A DNA stretch of 56,939 nt, filler included, from Bilabrum cf. latius (lineage: Eukaryota): assembly GCA_965178125.1 (NCBI GenBank). It is 2 parts of 2 records of this genome, joined end to end, with 100 filler letters (N's around TTAATTAATTAA, not from the genome) between each part and the next. Parts side by side here need not be neighbours in the genome. Positions count along the whole stretch, not along the records: positions 29,025 to 56,939 come from CBCXTV010000022.1; 1 more part is not named here. The stretch is one strand, 5' to 3'. How positions within the stretch are numbered: position 1 is the first letter of the stretch; each line of letters opens with the position of its first letter. Positions 35,262-46,130 of this stretch are shown in pieces. The notes beneath the pieces are model-generated. The model did no database searches and was not told the DNA's origin. It worked only from the letters and a program-made list of their open reading frames with translations. The position numbers and the translations under genes were made by a program.

Positions 35262-36326
35262 TCACGGCACGCTCTCCGGTCCGCCCGGTGCGAACTCAGA
35301 GTCGTCGTCTGTCGAAACGTGGTCGCTGTGGAAGATGTTGCTCTGGCCGTCTGAGGACACGGCATCCTGCCAGTATCGACGCAACTGCTCCGCCACGTCC
35401 ATGGCCGCATGGGAGCTCAGCGGGATCTGCTCGAAGAGAGCGTTACTGTCGTGCACTGCAAACAGCCTGGCCGCGACGCGATCTTGATGGCAAATTTCGA
35501 GTGTGGCGCGGATCCGGAAACAGTAGCCGTCCGGAAAGTTGCCCTGCATCAACTGGTCCTCCACCGCACACTGCGTGCACCAAATAGACCGCTCGGTACG
35601 TCGTATGTAGCCGGGCCACAGGGAATGCAGCAACGAGTACTGAGCCCGACGCAAGCTCTTCGGGTTGAAGCTGTCCGCCTGCTTGACCCGACTGCAGGCC
35701 TGGCACTTGAGGTTGGTGATCACGGCCGACTGCTCCCCAGCCAAATACCAGATCGTACGCGAGCGCAGCCTACGAGGAATCCACTGGCCCGACTTCCGGG
35801 GCACGACCATCGCCAAGAGCTTCGACTGCGGCGCGTCGATCTGCACCCTCGACCCGCAATCGCTGAGCGTAATGGCGTCGTCGAACACCCACGTGCCGCC
35901 CCAAGCATGACGCCTGCGCTGCTGCCGGGAGCTCGGGTTCGGTACCTCGCGAGGCCTGTCGGAAGGGGGGTCCGTCGGCTGCGGTGGTGTCGGATACCAG
36001 GAGAGAGCGGTCCACGGATTGATGCACGTGGACGTTGCCGCCTCGCGCGTCGCCGGAGTGGCTGAGCTGTCTGGTCGACGAAACGGTGGCGCCCACGCCG
36101 TGCAGGCCGCCACCTGCGCGGGCACATCGGGCAAGAATGCGCCTGCAGGTTCACGTGGCCGAGGTCGGGGAAGCTTCGTCGGGGTCAGGGATCCCATCGA
36201 GGAAGCCGCGTTCGCCGCTGGGATGGTCGTGCTCGAGGTTGACGAAGTCGCGTTCGCCCCTGACATGGTCGTGGTCGAGGTCACGGCATGGCCGCCGAGG
36301 GGTGAGCGCGATCGCGGGGGGTCCAT
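35262..36326 (-). CDS. Hypothetical protein with CxxC...CxxC zinc-finger-like motif
   Basis: 354-aa ATG ORF; CQACSRVKQADSF...WCTQC. Confidence 0.55.
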   Translation of the reverse strand: MDPPRSRSPLGGHAVTSTTTMSGANATSSTSSTTIPAANAASSMGSLTPTKLPRPRPREPAGAFLPDVPAQVAACTAWAPPFRRPDSSATPATREAATSTCINPWTALSWYPTPPQPTDPPSDRPREVPNPSSRQQRRRHAWGGTWVFDDAITLSDCGSRVQIDAPQSKLLAMVVPRKSGQWIPRRLRSRTIWYLAGEQSAVITNLKCQACSRVKQADSFNPKSLRRAQYSLLHSLWPGYIRRTERSIWCTQCAVEDQLMQGNFPDGYCFRIRATLEICHQDRVAARLFAVHDSNALFEQIPLSSHAAMDVAEQLRRYWQDAVSSDGQSNIFHSDHVSTDDDSEFAPGGPESVP

Positions 36327-37885
36327 CCGTTTAGTCTGCGGCCACGAGGCACGCGGCGAGCGTTACCACCGTGGACGCCTCCGTCGACCCCGTGTCCGGA
36401 CGCGACTGGGGCCCTGTTGATGAGCGCATCGTGCGGGAGAGGCTGCTGCGGACTGCTGATGAAGCGGAGCTGGTCGACAGACGGAGCATCGCTGGAGATG
36501 TCCTCCATGTCACACTCAAACAAGCGCCGTAGGGTCGAATGCAAGCGGCGCCTGCCGCTGGTAATGCCTGTCATATCGAAAGCGCCTTGCCACGAGCCAG
36601 ACGAGAGCACTCTCTTCGTGCACTCAGCGACAACCCTGAGATGGCAAGAGACATCGACATGACCCGCTTCATGACGCGAGCGCTCCTGCATCCACGTCTC
36701 CCGAAGGTCGCGCTTAAGAAGCTGAAAGACGAGAACGTCCAACGGCTGAAGCAAGAAGGTGAGTCGACCAGGAATAAACACGAGATCCATGCCAAGGCCG
36801 TGTGCGAAGTTCACAATCTCAGTGGAAATGTGTTGGGGCGCGCAGTCAAGTATCACTATTGGATAGATCTCATGCTGAATGTCCATCCAAGAAGCGAAAA
36901 GCCGACGCAGAATGTCGAACATGAGGGACTGCGTCACCCACGAGCTCTCTCGGGCCCAGACTTCCATTCCGTCCACCATTTGGTTCGACGCCCCACGCAT
37001 CAAGCGCTTGCTCAGCCGCGTGTGCTTCCCGATGAGTATACGCGGGAGTCGTCGCTGGATTTCCGGGCAGTCGCTAATGAAACCCAGAAAGGTGTACGAT
37101 CCTCGATTGCTATTCGAGGCGAGGCGCTCCGTGCGCGAACCAAGCGAAGCGGGCTCCGTTCCTGACCTCGGTGCGATGTACCCGCGCATTCCCGGAAAGG
37201 CAAAGGGCACGCTGGACTCATCGAAGTTCACAAAGACGAGGCGGCGGTTGCGGGGCACTCGCGCTTCTGCGAATTCAATCCACTGATAGAAGACACGACA
37301 CGCGAGTCTGACGTAATCGAGTGTTACCGGGGGCTGCTTCTTCAATCGGCCATGCCGAAGCCGCCAACGACGACGGAAGCGCAGGAGCCACTGCCGTCGA
37401 GCCGAGTCCTTCCCCGCGCGAACGCCCATCCTCGCAAGCATGGCGAAAACCATGCTCCCAGTTGGAGCACACCCACGCTGCTCGTTCACATGGTCGATCC
37501 AAGCAACGACAGAAGCCTCGGCGAGAAAGGTCTCCGCGCGTGCCACGGACTCTCGATGACATGAGCGAAGAGGATTTCGCTGCCACGCCTCAGCTGGGCG
37601 CCTCATGGTGAGCGCGACCTCCTCATCGACCTGCCTTTGAAACTCCTCCTGCGAAGCCGTCCGCGTGGAAACCTGTCGACTCTGCAACTGACGAGAGACA
37701 TAGGTTCGAAGAGCTGCCTCGCCACCTCCGGGGTGATGACGAATAACCTCAGCGACCTGTGCCTCCATGGCGCGCAACCACGGATGGCGCAGCCCATTGC
37801 GCGCCCGTTGTCTCGCGTCTCTGAGACACTTCAGCTCCTTACTGATCCGTGCGAGCTGATCCGGCACCGAAGCAGAGGACATCAT
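36281..37885 (-). CDS. pogo/Tigger/CENP-B-like DDE transposase
   Basis: HTH-like WLLRFRRRWRL. Catalytic-type motifs FVNFDES, VILDCAPQH, FIPGRLTFLLQPLDVLVFQLLK. Uninterrupted frame. Confidence 0.88.
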   Translation of the reverse strand: MMSSASVPDQLARISKELKCLRDARQRARNGLRHPWLRAMEAQVAEVIRHHPGGGEAALRTYVSRQLQSRQVSTRTASQEEFQRQVDEEVALTMRRPAEAWQRNPLRSCHRESVARAETFLAEASVVAWIDHVNEQRGCAPTGSMVFAMLARMGVRAGKDSARRQWLLRFRRRWRLRHGRLKKQPPVTLDYVRLACRVFYQWIEFAEARVPRNRRLVFVNFDESSVPFAFPGMRGYIAPRSGTEPASLGSRTERLASNSNRGSYTFLGFISDCPEIQRRLPRILIGKHTRLSKRLMRGASNQMVDGMEVWARESSWVTQSLMFDILRRLFASWMDIQHEIYPIVILDCAPQHISTEIVNFAHGLGMDLVFIPGRLTFLLQPLDVLVFQLLKRDLRETWMQERSRHEAGHVDVSCHLRVVAECTKRVLSSGSWQGAFDMTGITSGRRRLHSTLRRLFECDMEDISSDAPSVDQLRFISSPQQPLPHDALINRAPVASGHGVDGGVHGGNARRVPRGRRLNGWTPRDRAHPSAAMP

Positions 37886-38456
37886 GACGCGTGAGGAACC
37901 GGGCAGAAGATCGCTCACAGCCGAAACGACGCGGACGGACCCGCTGCCAAGCTTCGCACTGCCTGTGGCCTCTGAAGATACCCGGGAGGGATAGGACGCA
38001 GGCGGGGAGCGAGAGCAAGCGAATGCCTTCCTGTCGCTGGAGGAGTGCTCAAAGCTGAAGACGCGCGGGAAGCACGCGCTCTGCTGCGGTCACACTGGCG
38101 CAAGCGAGACAAAACCAGGGAGAGGGATAGACACGTGCACAGCATTGAATACACCGCGCAGCATTGCGAGCGCGGTTTCTCGCCTGCGCTGAGCTGCCAC
38201 TCTGCTCTCGTGCGGACGACATTGGCAACGGCAGCGCGTAGCTGCCAACTGGCCGTGCACGGGTACTGTATCGGCCACGGCAGCGCTGAGCTGCCAATTT
38301 CGGGTCGAGGAGCTCTCCTGAGGAAGACGAGGCCGGGAACTTTCGGCGAACACGCACACCCACCACCGCCCGGCACATGCGACGGCAAGCAATGTAAGGA
38401 ACGACGTTGCGCGATCGAATCTCGACAGGAGGCTCCGATGCAGGAGCTGCCGAGGA

Positions 38457-39005
38457 CTAGGCACCGCCGGCGCCCGCTGCGCCGCTGGGGAGGACGACGG
38501 TCGGCGGCGGCGAGTCCTCGGAACCCATGTCGTCTGATCCTGAGGAATCCAGCACAGTTGAGGCAGTCTCGGTCATCTCCCAGTCCGTACGCACCTCAAC
38601 GATGAGACGACGCGGAGGAGCAGCGACTGCTGTGTCAGGTCCGTGGATGACGCCTCCGTCCACAAGACGGAAAGACCTACCCGCAACGGAGCCGCTTGCG
38701 CCAGACATCGCACGCCGAATCACGGGATCAAAGTCTGCATGGAACCGAGGAGCCTCATCGCGCAACAGGCCTGAGAGCAGCCTGATCACACTTTGGGCGT
38801 ACTCCAGCTGAGCGCTCAAGCTTTCCGCACGCTGCTGCATGTTCTCGAAGCGCTGCTGCAGGTTCGACACCGCTGTCGAGTGAGGACTCGCTGGCGGGGC
38901 GGGGTTTGGGCGCTGCGGGGTCGCCACCGCGCGACGCGGCGACCTATCGCGGACAAAGGACGTCACCTCGTTCCGCGTCATGCTGCCGCACCTCTCCTTC
39001 CTCAC
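38457..39005 (-). CDS. Hypothetical protein with short coiled coil
   Basis: 182-aa ORF with NLQQRFENMQQRAESLSAQLEYAQ. Start uncertain because it overlaps a local duplication. Confidence 0.4.
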   Translation of the reverse strand: MRKERCGSMTRNEVTSFVRDRSPRRAVATPQRPNPAPPASPHSTAVSNLQQRFENMQQRAESLSAQLEYAQSVIRLLSGLLRDEAPRFHADFDPVIRRAMSGASGSVAGRSFRLVDGGVIHGPDTAVAAPPRRLIVEVRTDWEMTETASTVLDSSGSDDMGSEDSPPPTVVLPSGAAGAGGA

Positions 39006-39880
39006 ATTGACTCGAGCCGAATCGAAACTTGCAGGGACAGACGATCCTTTACCCTAGCGCTCCCCACATCGGGCATGAGTGGAATCCGAACCAGCGCACG
39101 GCATCCCACAGGAGTTCGCACCGGGCTTGCCTCATGAGGAATCTTCCTGCGCGAAGAGGTAAAGCCACGGACAGAAGTCAGAGGTCGCGGGATGACACTC
39201 CAGCATACATGAGCTGCCCGCTGAATCCGCCGCCCCCGAGCCCCAAGCTGACAATCGAGGTAACAAAGTAGGAATGAGCAGGCGGGGGCGATGCCACTAC
39301 GTCTCGCCGAACAGCCTGCCTCGCATGCGCTGTGCTGAAGACCTTATGGGAACCAGGAAGTGTGAACGTCTGTCACGTGAGGCGGAAGGGCTCCCACTGC
39401 ATCACACCCCCTCTCTGGAATGGGATTTGGGCGCTGTGGGGTCGCCACCGCGCGACGCGGCGACCTATCGCGGACAAAGGACTTCACCTCGGTCCGCGTC
39501 ATGCTGCCGCACCTCGCCGAATCGAAACTTGCAGGGACAGACGATCCTTTACCCAGCGCTCCCCACCCCGGGGATGAGTGGAAGCCGCACCAGCGCACGG
39601 CATCCCACGCGAGTTCGGACCGGGCTTGCCTCATGAGGAATCTTCCTGCGCGAAGAGGTAAAGCCACGGACAGAAGTCAGAGGGTCGCGGGATGACACTC
39701 TAGGCACACATGAGCTGCCCGCAGAATCCTCCGCCCCAAGCTCCGAGCTCACAATCGAGGTAACAAAGTAGGAATGAGCAGGCGGATGCTTTGCCACTCC
39801 GTCTCGCCAAACAGCCTGCCGGGGAACCAGGAAGTGTGGACGTCTGCCACGTGAGGCGGAAGCGCTCCCACCGCATCACA
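38900..39880. repeat. Diverged tandem duplication, period ~500 bp
   Basis: GCCGAATCGAAACTTGCAGGGACAGACGATCC at 39016 and 39516, with long flanking similarity. Confidence 0.8.
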
Positions 39881-40083
39881 CCCTTCCCGGGCAAGATATC
39901 TAGAGAGCTGCCCAATCCTGCACGAGAAACTCGGATTTTCACACGCTGCCGACCATATCGTTCCCAATCAAACGACCGTGCTCCTCCGACGTCGCGCTCA
40001 CCTCGGCGCAAGGATGACTCACTCGCGCTCTTCCTTCCGGAGCGCCCTCACAGTACGACGGACCCATTCGGGAAGCTCCCGCG

Positions 40084-41415
40084 TCACGCTGGCATCGTGA
40101 GGAGGAACCTTTCCGCATTCTGGAGAAGCTCCATGGCCCGCTTGATGTCATCCAAGGCCTCGTCACGCGAAGGACTCTGACGCACGGCGTTGCTGCAGGA
40201 GGCGGCGCCTCCTGCAGGAGGCTCGTCGCGTGCGGGAGCACGAGCGTCGTTGTCGCCGTCACCGGTATTCGCGCCAGCTTTTGGCACCCAACGCTTCGCT
40301 TCACCCGCAGAGGAACGGACATCATGGAGACTCCAGCCACGCGCAACCAGGCACTTCGCGCACCAGTCCTCAGGGAAGAAATAGCGCAGGTTCTCCTTCT
40401 TCCGGCGGATCTGGGGAAATCGGTACGCCGGATACTCGTTTTTGCAGTTCTTGCACCACACCCACCACGGCGTCGCGTTGTCGAACTTGTCGCAACACAC
40501 CCGGCAAACTGGTTGGATCCAGTCCTTCCACTTCTTGAAGTACGCCGACCGGGGCTTGCAGCACTGGCACGCGTTGCAAGTCCATGTCGCCTCCTCCGCC
40601 GGCTCCGGCGCGACCTGCCGCGGCACGTACGTCTCCCCCCATGACGACTTCGCAGGGGTCTCCCATAGATCCCAGCTATCAGCGCCAGAGACCGCCCCGG
40701 CAGTGTGCGCAAGATTCACACGCTGCGATGACAATGCCTCTGCCACGCCGCCACCCGCCTTCCAAGCGGCTGCGTCGGTCCATACGTCGTCATTACCTCC
40801 GGGCACCACAGCACGTCCACCGCCGCGAGCATCCTCCTCCTCCGTCTTCTTGCCGCCGTCGTCTTCGGCGTCCTCCTTCGGCGCTGCCTTGCCGCTCTCC
40901 TCTCCGAGCATCCCCGTGGACGCCGCCTCCGCGCCGCCGCTCTCGATGTGGGAGCCGCCCGAATCATCGACGCTTGCCGCCGCGCCGGCGTGCTCCGCCG
41001 GGGCGTCGACCTCGCGCGCCAACATGCCGCCCTCGTTTCCCATATCACCGGCGCCTCGACGCCCACGAAGATTGCGGCCGTCTCCCAAGGAAACAGCAAT
41101 GCTCTCGGACGGTTTCTCCTCAGACATCATCGGCAAAGAGACTCGGAGAATGCCGTTCCCGCAGAGTGCGCTGCTGACTGCCGAAGCCGAAAGAGGACCC
41201 GCGGAGAAGGAATCTCGCACATGCTCCCAGGAAAAGCAACTCCCCGCCCATTCCGAATGCAAGAACGGACTCCCGCCCTTTCCGAGATCGAGAGCGCATC
41301 GCGGGCGCATTTCCCGACTCGCGATCGGCCTCGGAAACCGACCACGAATCGGTAGGAGACGTGCGCCCGCGTTTGAAGAATACGCGGAGAAATACGAAGC
41401 CAAGGACACGAGCAT
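40084..41415 (-). CDS. Hypothetical protein with acidic disordered region and tandem CxxC zinc-finger-like motifs
   Basis: 443-aa ORF; WTCNAC..CKP...F...VCRVC and WCKNCK...F...WCAKC. True start may be the internal MM at ~41130. Confidence 0.6.
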   Translation of the reverse strand: MLVSLASYFSAYSSNAGARLLPIRGRFPRPIASREMRPRCALDLGKGGSPFLHSEWAGSCFSWEHVRDSFSAGPLSASAVSSALCGNGILRVSLPMMSEEKPSESIAVSLGDGRNLRGRRGAGDMGNEGGMLAREVDAPAEHAGAAASVDDSGGSHIESGGAEAASTGMLGEESGKAAPKEDAEDDGGKKTEEEDARGGGRAVVPGGNDDVWTDAAAWKAGGGVAEALSSQRVNLAHTAGAVSGADSWDLWETPAKSSWGETYVPRQVAPEPAEEATWTCNACQCCKPRSAYFKKWKDWIQPVCRVCCDKFDNATPWWVWCKNCKNEYPAYRFPQIRRKKENLRYFFPEDWCAKCLVARGWSLHDVRSSAGEAKRWVPKAGANTGDGDNDARAPARDEPPAGGAASCSNAVRQSPSRDEALDDIKRAMELLQNAERFLLTMPA

Positions 41416-41915
41416 CTCCCGGGCACCTTTCCCGACTCGCAGCCGGTCTCAGAGACGACCACGAATCGGCACGACAAGTGCGCCCGATTTCGTCCCCCGA
41501 AAAAGGACACAACTAGGACCCCGCGGAGATCCGCATCTGCTCCTCACGCGCGGAACGTGTTTCGGTACGCAAAAAGCGGTCACATGGGAGGCCCGGAAAG
41601 CGTCCGGAAAACGGTTCAGAAATACCTTGCGTCACTCCTCCTGCGCGCCAGAAATCACACGACTTTTCGGTGACCGAAACAGGGCCCAAAAAACCAAAGA
41701 TTTGCCCCTTCATGCCCGAAGACACAGCGTCACCGCCAAGCTGCCATCGCGGAGAAAATAAACCAGGTGGTGATGGAAAGTTACGTTACGGTGGAGCTCA
41801 GTGTCATTTGTGTGTTCAACAGTGTGTATGATGCCGCTTCGTCTGGATGTCCGAGTCCGGATTTCACCTGGGGTATGGCCTATTGTGTGGTCACGTTCGC
41901 GTAGCTTTCACGTGT

Positions 41916-42048
41916 CAACAACGCGGAGGCTGCGAAAAGAACCATGCTCACGAACCATGCTCCACCGTAGCTTGATCACAACGCGGAGGCTGCGAAAAGA
42001 ACCATGCTCCACCATAGCTTTCCAACAACGCGGAGGCTGCGAACGAAC
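41916..42048. repeat. Short tandem repeat x3
   Basis: ACAACGCGGAGGCTGCGAA(AAGAACCATGCTC) at ~41918, ~41978 and ~42025. Confidence 0.8.
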
Positions 42049-42249
42049 CGTGCACCACTGACCACCGTACAGCCCAAAAAGTACAAGTTTCTTGAACCCC
42101 AGGAGCAACATACGCGGGATACTGTCGAGCGCCCGTTCGCTCAGGTCACACGCGACAGCAAGCCGAACGCTCAGGTCGCACGCTCAGGCCACACGCGGAA
42201 GCAGCGCCACGCAAGAGGCCAGGTTGAGAGGGAAAACCGTCACGCAAGC

Positions 42250-43101
42250 TCAACGCGGAGACCACGAGTCGTCATCGCTCCAAGCCTCGCGTCCAGACAG
42301 ACGAACAAGCCCGCGCCATGCCTCATCGTAAAGATCCCTCTCGAAAACCCTGTGCTGCTTCATCGTTCCCAATGTCAGAATTTTCTCCGCAGTACAACGC
42401 TGCCCCTTCCGCTCCCCGGTCTCTACAATGAGATCCAACTGCATGCGAAGTGTTCCCGAGATCTTCTTCTTGTTCGCCGCGTTCATAATCGACGTCTTCG
42501 GCGCCGCGTCGCGCGCCTTCTCGCGACAAGCACGACAAGAAATCGCACCCCTGCCGCACGGAGAATCATCGGCATAAAGCGTGCGCTGCACGCGACGTAC
42601 GAGACGATCACGCATACGATGATTCAGGTCCGCCATGACACGATTGCAGCCGCAGGAAGAGCATACAAACTCCGCGAGGTCGAAAGCCTTAGAGTCCGAC
42701 CAAACGACGCACTGTGTGTCCTGGGGTGCCTCACTGCCGAGCGCTGTTATGAGCACCGCCGGATGGGCCGGCGACTTAGGAAGAAGTCGCGAACCGGGAG
42801 GAAACACGCGAGGCCGCTTGAAACCGACATCTCCGGCAAGAGGCGCAAGCATCATCTCCACCTCGCCCTCCGGGGCGTGCTCGGAGGTCGACGCGGCAAC
42901 CACGGCCACATACGGTGCATCGGCGATACCGACGTAGGCCATCAAGCAACGCACCCACCTTCGGCCCGCGAGCGTACACGGCGCGCCTACCGGAAGCAGA
43001 GGCTTCTGAGACCAAGAAATGTCTCGTCGGCGCGCGACGCGGCGACGTAAAAGCAAACGACCCGCCGGGTCCCAACCGCGGCACTGCGGAGACACACACA
43101 C
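42250..43101 (-). CDS. Hypothetical Cys-containing protein downstream of Rep
   Basis: 283-aa ORF co-oriented with Rep; CSSCGC and CRAC motifs. Start uncertain. Confidence 0.4.
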   Translation of the reverse strand: MCVSPQCRGWDPAGRLLLRRRVARRRDISWSQKPLLPVGAPCTLAGRRWVRCLMAYVGIADAPYVAVVAASTSEHAPEGEVEMMLAPLAGDVGFKRPRVFPPGSRLLPKSPAHPAVLITALGSEAPQDTQCVVWSDSKAFDLAEFVCSSCGCNRVMADLNHRMRDRLVRRVQRTLYADDSPCGRGAISCRACREKARDAAPKTSIMNAANKKKISGTLRMQLDLIVETGERKGQRCTAEKILTLGTMKQHRVFERDLYDEAWRGLVRLSGREAWSDDDSWSPR

Positions 43102-43336
43102 ACTTGCAACCCATCAGGCTGGGTGCCACGTGTGTGTGTGTCAGGCAAGCTCCCAATACTAGGCAAGCACTCCCCCGGACGAACGCGACGGACCACATGA
43201 AACTTGCGGAATGCCCCCATGTAGAAACCACAACACGAAACGCATTGAGGACATTAGACCTTCAGGAGCACCGAAGCGGCTGCCGCTGCGGCTCCGGCGC
43301 TCGTGTGAACCGGACTGAAAACCTCAGCGGCCGGCG

Positions 43337-45622
43337 TCAGCTCTTCTGCACATCCGTGAGAGACAACAAGTCCTCGTCGAAGTAGAGCCGATCTTTCACC
43401 TCCACTTTCGTACAGTTGTTGTCAAGCCACTCGCGGTCCACCGACTCCGTCACGTCAGAGCCCCACGAATTCGTGCAGATGATCAGGGCGATACCGTGGA
43501 GCCACACAGAGTATGCGAGGCTGTTCGTCTTGCTCTGGCCGAGCAGGGAGGGGTCAAGGCCAGCCTGAAAGACCTGTTTGTTGTTGACGACCCACAGGGC
43601 ATTTGCCTCGTCGAACACAATGGCCACATGCCGACTTCGATCGAAGCCACGGAGCGGAGGTTCCACACTGCCCTGACAGTTCACAACAAGAGTCCTTTCG
43701 CTCCCGAAGAGATTCCGCGCGTACACTGTCTTCCCGAACCGGGAGTCCCCCACCAAGACAAGGAACTTGAAGCGCATGTGCGCGAACCACTCCTGACGAT
43801 AGCTCTCGCGCCACTTCTCGACTTCGGGCACCACCTTAAAGGGGCGGAGCTTCGTCACTACGTGCACCGCGGCCTGCGCGCACACCTCTCTCCTCTCCGC
43901 GGCATTCTGTATGTGGAAGTCGATGGCGCGCACTAAGTTCTCGGCGTCCCGACACCGATACGCCACGAGTTCCCTTCTCGCGACGTCCGGATCCATTTTG
44001 AAGCGTGCGAACAACGCGTGCACGAACTTACCATTGACGACGAAATCGCGTCCGGCTCGGTAGTTCGTGGCGCAAAGCAGCGCACCGACTTTGGGAGCTT
44101 GACAATAATAGTGTAACTCCGACGCGCCACGTTCCTGCGCTTTCGCTGACCGCCCGGAGCCGTACACGACATTCGGCCTGCTGCCGGCCCACATGAAATC
44201 CTCCGCCACGCGACAACGATGCGACTTCTCGGAATCCGTCATGCATACGTGGAAGTGCACCAAGTTTGCGGCGTGCTTGCGGTGCAGGGAGAGCTCCATT
44301 TTCATGGACAGCTGAGGCCACATCATCCGCCGCGCGATGTCCTGCGCCCATGCCTTGAAGGTGGCCCAAAGCTCCACATAGAACGGAGACGCGAGAACCA
44401 ATCGCCTCAGGACGCCCCTTGCCACGGATGCCGACATGATGTCGCGCACAGGCTCCTTTTCGACACCCCAGCGACCGTGAAAGGTAAGCATCACGGCCCT
44501 TCCCCGCCTCGTGTTCTTGTCGGACGCAGGCACAATCTCGCCCACGGGCACTGAATGCGATCCCGGATTCCTCACAACTTCGTCCCGCTGCCGCGCAAGC
44601 TCCGGGAAGAGCTCCTCGAAACGAAGCTGGCAAGGAGTGTCCTCCGCCCCCGCAGCCCAGTCTTTCAAGATGCACATGCGGTCACCGGGTACATTGCGAA
44701 GCGCCTCCCTGATGAGGCACCGCTTCCGCTGGTGTGACACCGACGCCGGAAACGCCAACTTGAAATCGTCAGGGAAAACCCGCAGGAGACGATAGATGAC
44801 ACTATCAATAGGACGAGTCGAAGGCCTTCCAGTCGAGCGCTGCGGCCCAGACGCTCCGGCCGCGGCACGAGCCGCGGGCGGAGGTCCGAGATGAGCCGCA
44901 AGACTCGATGCTGCATCGCCCTCAGCAGGGTCGCACTTCTGCCGAAGACGCCGCCTCTTCACGGGGGGCACGAAATCGGGAAGCATGAGCATCTGCGGTC
45001 GCCCCCTCGCATCGGGCGCAGAATCCTCGATGGGCAGAACCCCACGGTAACCTTGACTACTCCGCAGAAGCTGCACCGGCAAAAGTACTTCCTCTGACGG
45101 GGGTTCCAAATTGATGACACCCGCGGCGAGCGCTTCGGAGGCAGCAACGCGGCCAGGAATGTCGCCCTCAACGCTGAGGCCCTCATAAAGGACTCGTTCA
45201 CCCACTACGCCGATCTGCCACTGACCGCTCGACTTGCCGTGGGACAACAAGCAGGCTCCCGGATCGCCCTCGCATTCTGCCTCGCATGCGACCTCGCATG
45301 AGGCCTCAATCATGTCGAGACTGGCGTCGAAGTCGTTCTCCGCATCGTCAAAGCCAAAACTCGGGACAGCGGCCGCGCGCGCTGCAGCCACCGAATTGGA
45401 GACACCGAGGCCACACGAGCACGTTGGGGACGCCTCGGACACCCCTAACAAAGCAGAGGTCGCCGTCGTGGACGCTTCTGACTCCTGGCTTGTGGGGAGG
45501 CCATCGCACGGCACGCAGCTCGCGGAAACCCACGCGGGATCCCAGGAGCAGGATGCGACTCGGGACTTCAGCGACTCGGCAACAGACAAACTCATCGTTT
45601 CGCCCTTGAACGGAGCCGACAT
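43337..45622 (-). CDS. rep: CRESS-DNA-virus-like replication initiator Rep (HUH endonuclease + SF3 helicase) with long N-terminal extension
   Basis: Motif I VMLTFH (~44477-94), motif II VHFHV (~44246-60), motif III HYYCQAPK (~44090-114), Walker A GDSRFGKT (~43727-50), Walker B IVFDE, motif C IICTN. Intact 761-aa ATG ORF. Confidence 0.88.
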   Translation of the reverse strand: MSAPFKGETMSLSVAESLKSRVASCSWDPAWVSASCVPCDGLPTSQESEASTTATSALLGVSEASPTCSCGLGVSNSVAAARAAAVPSFGFDDAENDFDASLDMIEASCEVACEAECEGDPGACLLSHGKSSGQWQIGVVGERVLYEGLSVEGDIPGRVAASEALAAGVINLEPPSEEVLLPVQLLRSSQGYRGVLPIEDSAPDARGRPQMLMLPDFVPPVKRRRLRQKCDPAEGDAASSLAAHLGPPPAARAAAGASGPQRSTGRPSTRPIDSVIYRLLRVFPDDFKLAFPASVSHQRKRCLIREALRNVPGDRMCILKDWAAGAEDTPCQLRFEELFPELARQRDEVVRNPGSHSVPVGEIVPASDKNTRRGRAVMLTFHGRWGVEKEPVRDIMSASVARGVLRRLVLASPFYVELWATFKAWAQDIARRMMWPQLSMKMELSLHRKHAANLVHFHVCMTDSEKSHRCRVAEDFMWAGSRPNVVYGSGRSAKAQERGASELHYYCQAPKVGALLCATNYRAGRDFVVNGKFVHALFARFKMDPDVARRELVAYRCRDAENLVRAIDFHIQNAAERREVCAQAAVHVVTKLRPFKVVPEVEKWRESYRQEWFAHMRFKFLVLVGDSRFGKTVYARNLFGSERTLVVNCQGSVEPPLRGFDRSRHVAIVFDEANALWVVNNKQVFQAGLDPSLLGQSKTNSLAYSVWLHGIALIICTNSWGSDVTESVDREWLDNNCTKVEVKDRLYFDEDLLSLTDVQKS

Positions 45623-46130
45623 TATTTGCGCAAATAATCCTTCGACGAATCGCGGAATGCCTCAAGATAGAACACTTGCCTCCGACACGCAATGCCCAGA
45701 ATCCTTGCTGTTCGAAACACCGAAACTGCTGACACGGGACACACATGAGCACCGAGGCAGCTGAGTCTGCAGCTCGTGCCGCCCTGGGCGAGGTAGTACC
45801 GCTTCCGAGGGAAGGATTCTCGAAGCCAACGAAGGAAAGCATGGCGTTGCAATTAGCACGATCACAAACGCACTTCGGAGCCTGCCAGAGAGGATGACCG
45901 ACCGACCGCCTTCTCGAACATAGAAACCGGCGAATACCACATGAGGCACGACGTTCCAGGGCATCCGAACCTGCGACATACGCCAAAAAGGCCTCGCCGA
46001 CAACCTGAAATGCACGCGAAATCGACAACCGAACGCCCAAAATCAGCCATCGGAACCCCCCCTCGAGGCAGCGCCTTCGGAGACATTTTCGGCCAGCGAA
46101 AAAAATGCGAAACACGACTGGAGGAGGCGA

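Noticed and set aside
43337-45622. Helitron RepHel assignment
   Set aside because: The helicase shows compact SF3 Walker A/B/C spacing rather than Pif1/SF1 motifs, and the protein is too short.
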